This document shows positions 63,897 to 64,000 of a DNA stretch of 64,000 nucleotides, one piece after another. Numbering within the stretch: the stretch's first letter is position 1; the number at the start of each line of letters is the position of its first letter. Under the pieces are notes generated by a model. That model did not search any database. It saw nothing but the letters and a program-made list of their open reading frames with translations, and was not told the origin of the DNA. Position numbers and translations under genes: made by a program. The DNA comes from Raja brachyura (Eukaryota): contig OY740791.1 in the NCBI GenBank assembly GCA_963514005.1, forward strand, positions 51,956,001-52,020,000, given 5' to 3'.

Positions 63897-64000
63897 ATCA
63901 ATGATTTGGGAGAAGGGATTCAAAGTAACATTAGCAAATTTGCAGATGACACAAAGCTGGGTGGCAGTGTGAACTGTGAGGAGGATGCTATGAGAATGCA
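63897..64000 (+). mobile_element. CR1 RT fragment running off the window
   Basis: INDLGEGIQSNISKFADDTKLGGSVNCEED. Confidence 0.85.

Overview
Eukaryotic, intron-rich vertebrate DNA. The repeat complement (CR1 LINEs, V-SINE-like SINEs, Penelope-like, DIRS, Tx1/L1) suggests a cartilaginous fish such as a skate or ray; that assignment is inference. Most ORF-track entries are spurious or partial exons. Manual splice reconstruction reveals a cluster of three paralogous Ig-superfamily receptor genes. Gene 3 (minus strand, ATG 61236 to stop 37367) is a complete open 11-exon model of about 908 aa: leader, eight Ig domains arranged (V*-C2-V-C2)x2, a transmembrane helix with a central Lys, and a short tyrosine-free tail. 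V* domains lack the canonical cysteines, and the fourth and eighth domains carry the CD4/LAG-3-type WxC motif. It therefore looks like a doubled CD4/LAG-3-like ectodomain on an activating, adaptor-coupled anchor. Gene 1 (minus strand, 213-7706) is a near-identical copy of the 5' half that runs off the left edge. Gene 2 (plus strand, about 17573-29687) is an inverted, partly dead copy. Between genes 1 and 2 lies a DIRS-type tyrosine-recombinase retroelement (10999-15670) with intact termini and ICR and decayed ORFs; its 5' 1.4 kb is built of tandem multi-hairpin units with compensatory base changes. Also present: ZFP36/TIS11-like retro-fragments, a near full-length CR1 with a nested L2, a Harbinger-like MITE, a foldback-like element, a Gypsy RNase H/LTR relic and a 217-N assembly gap.
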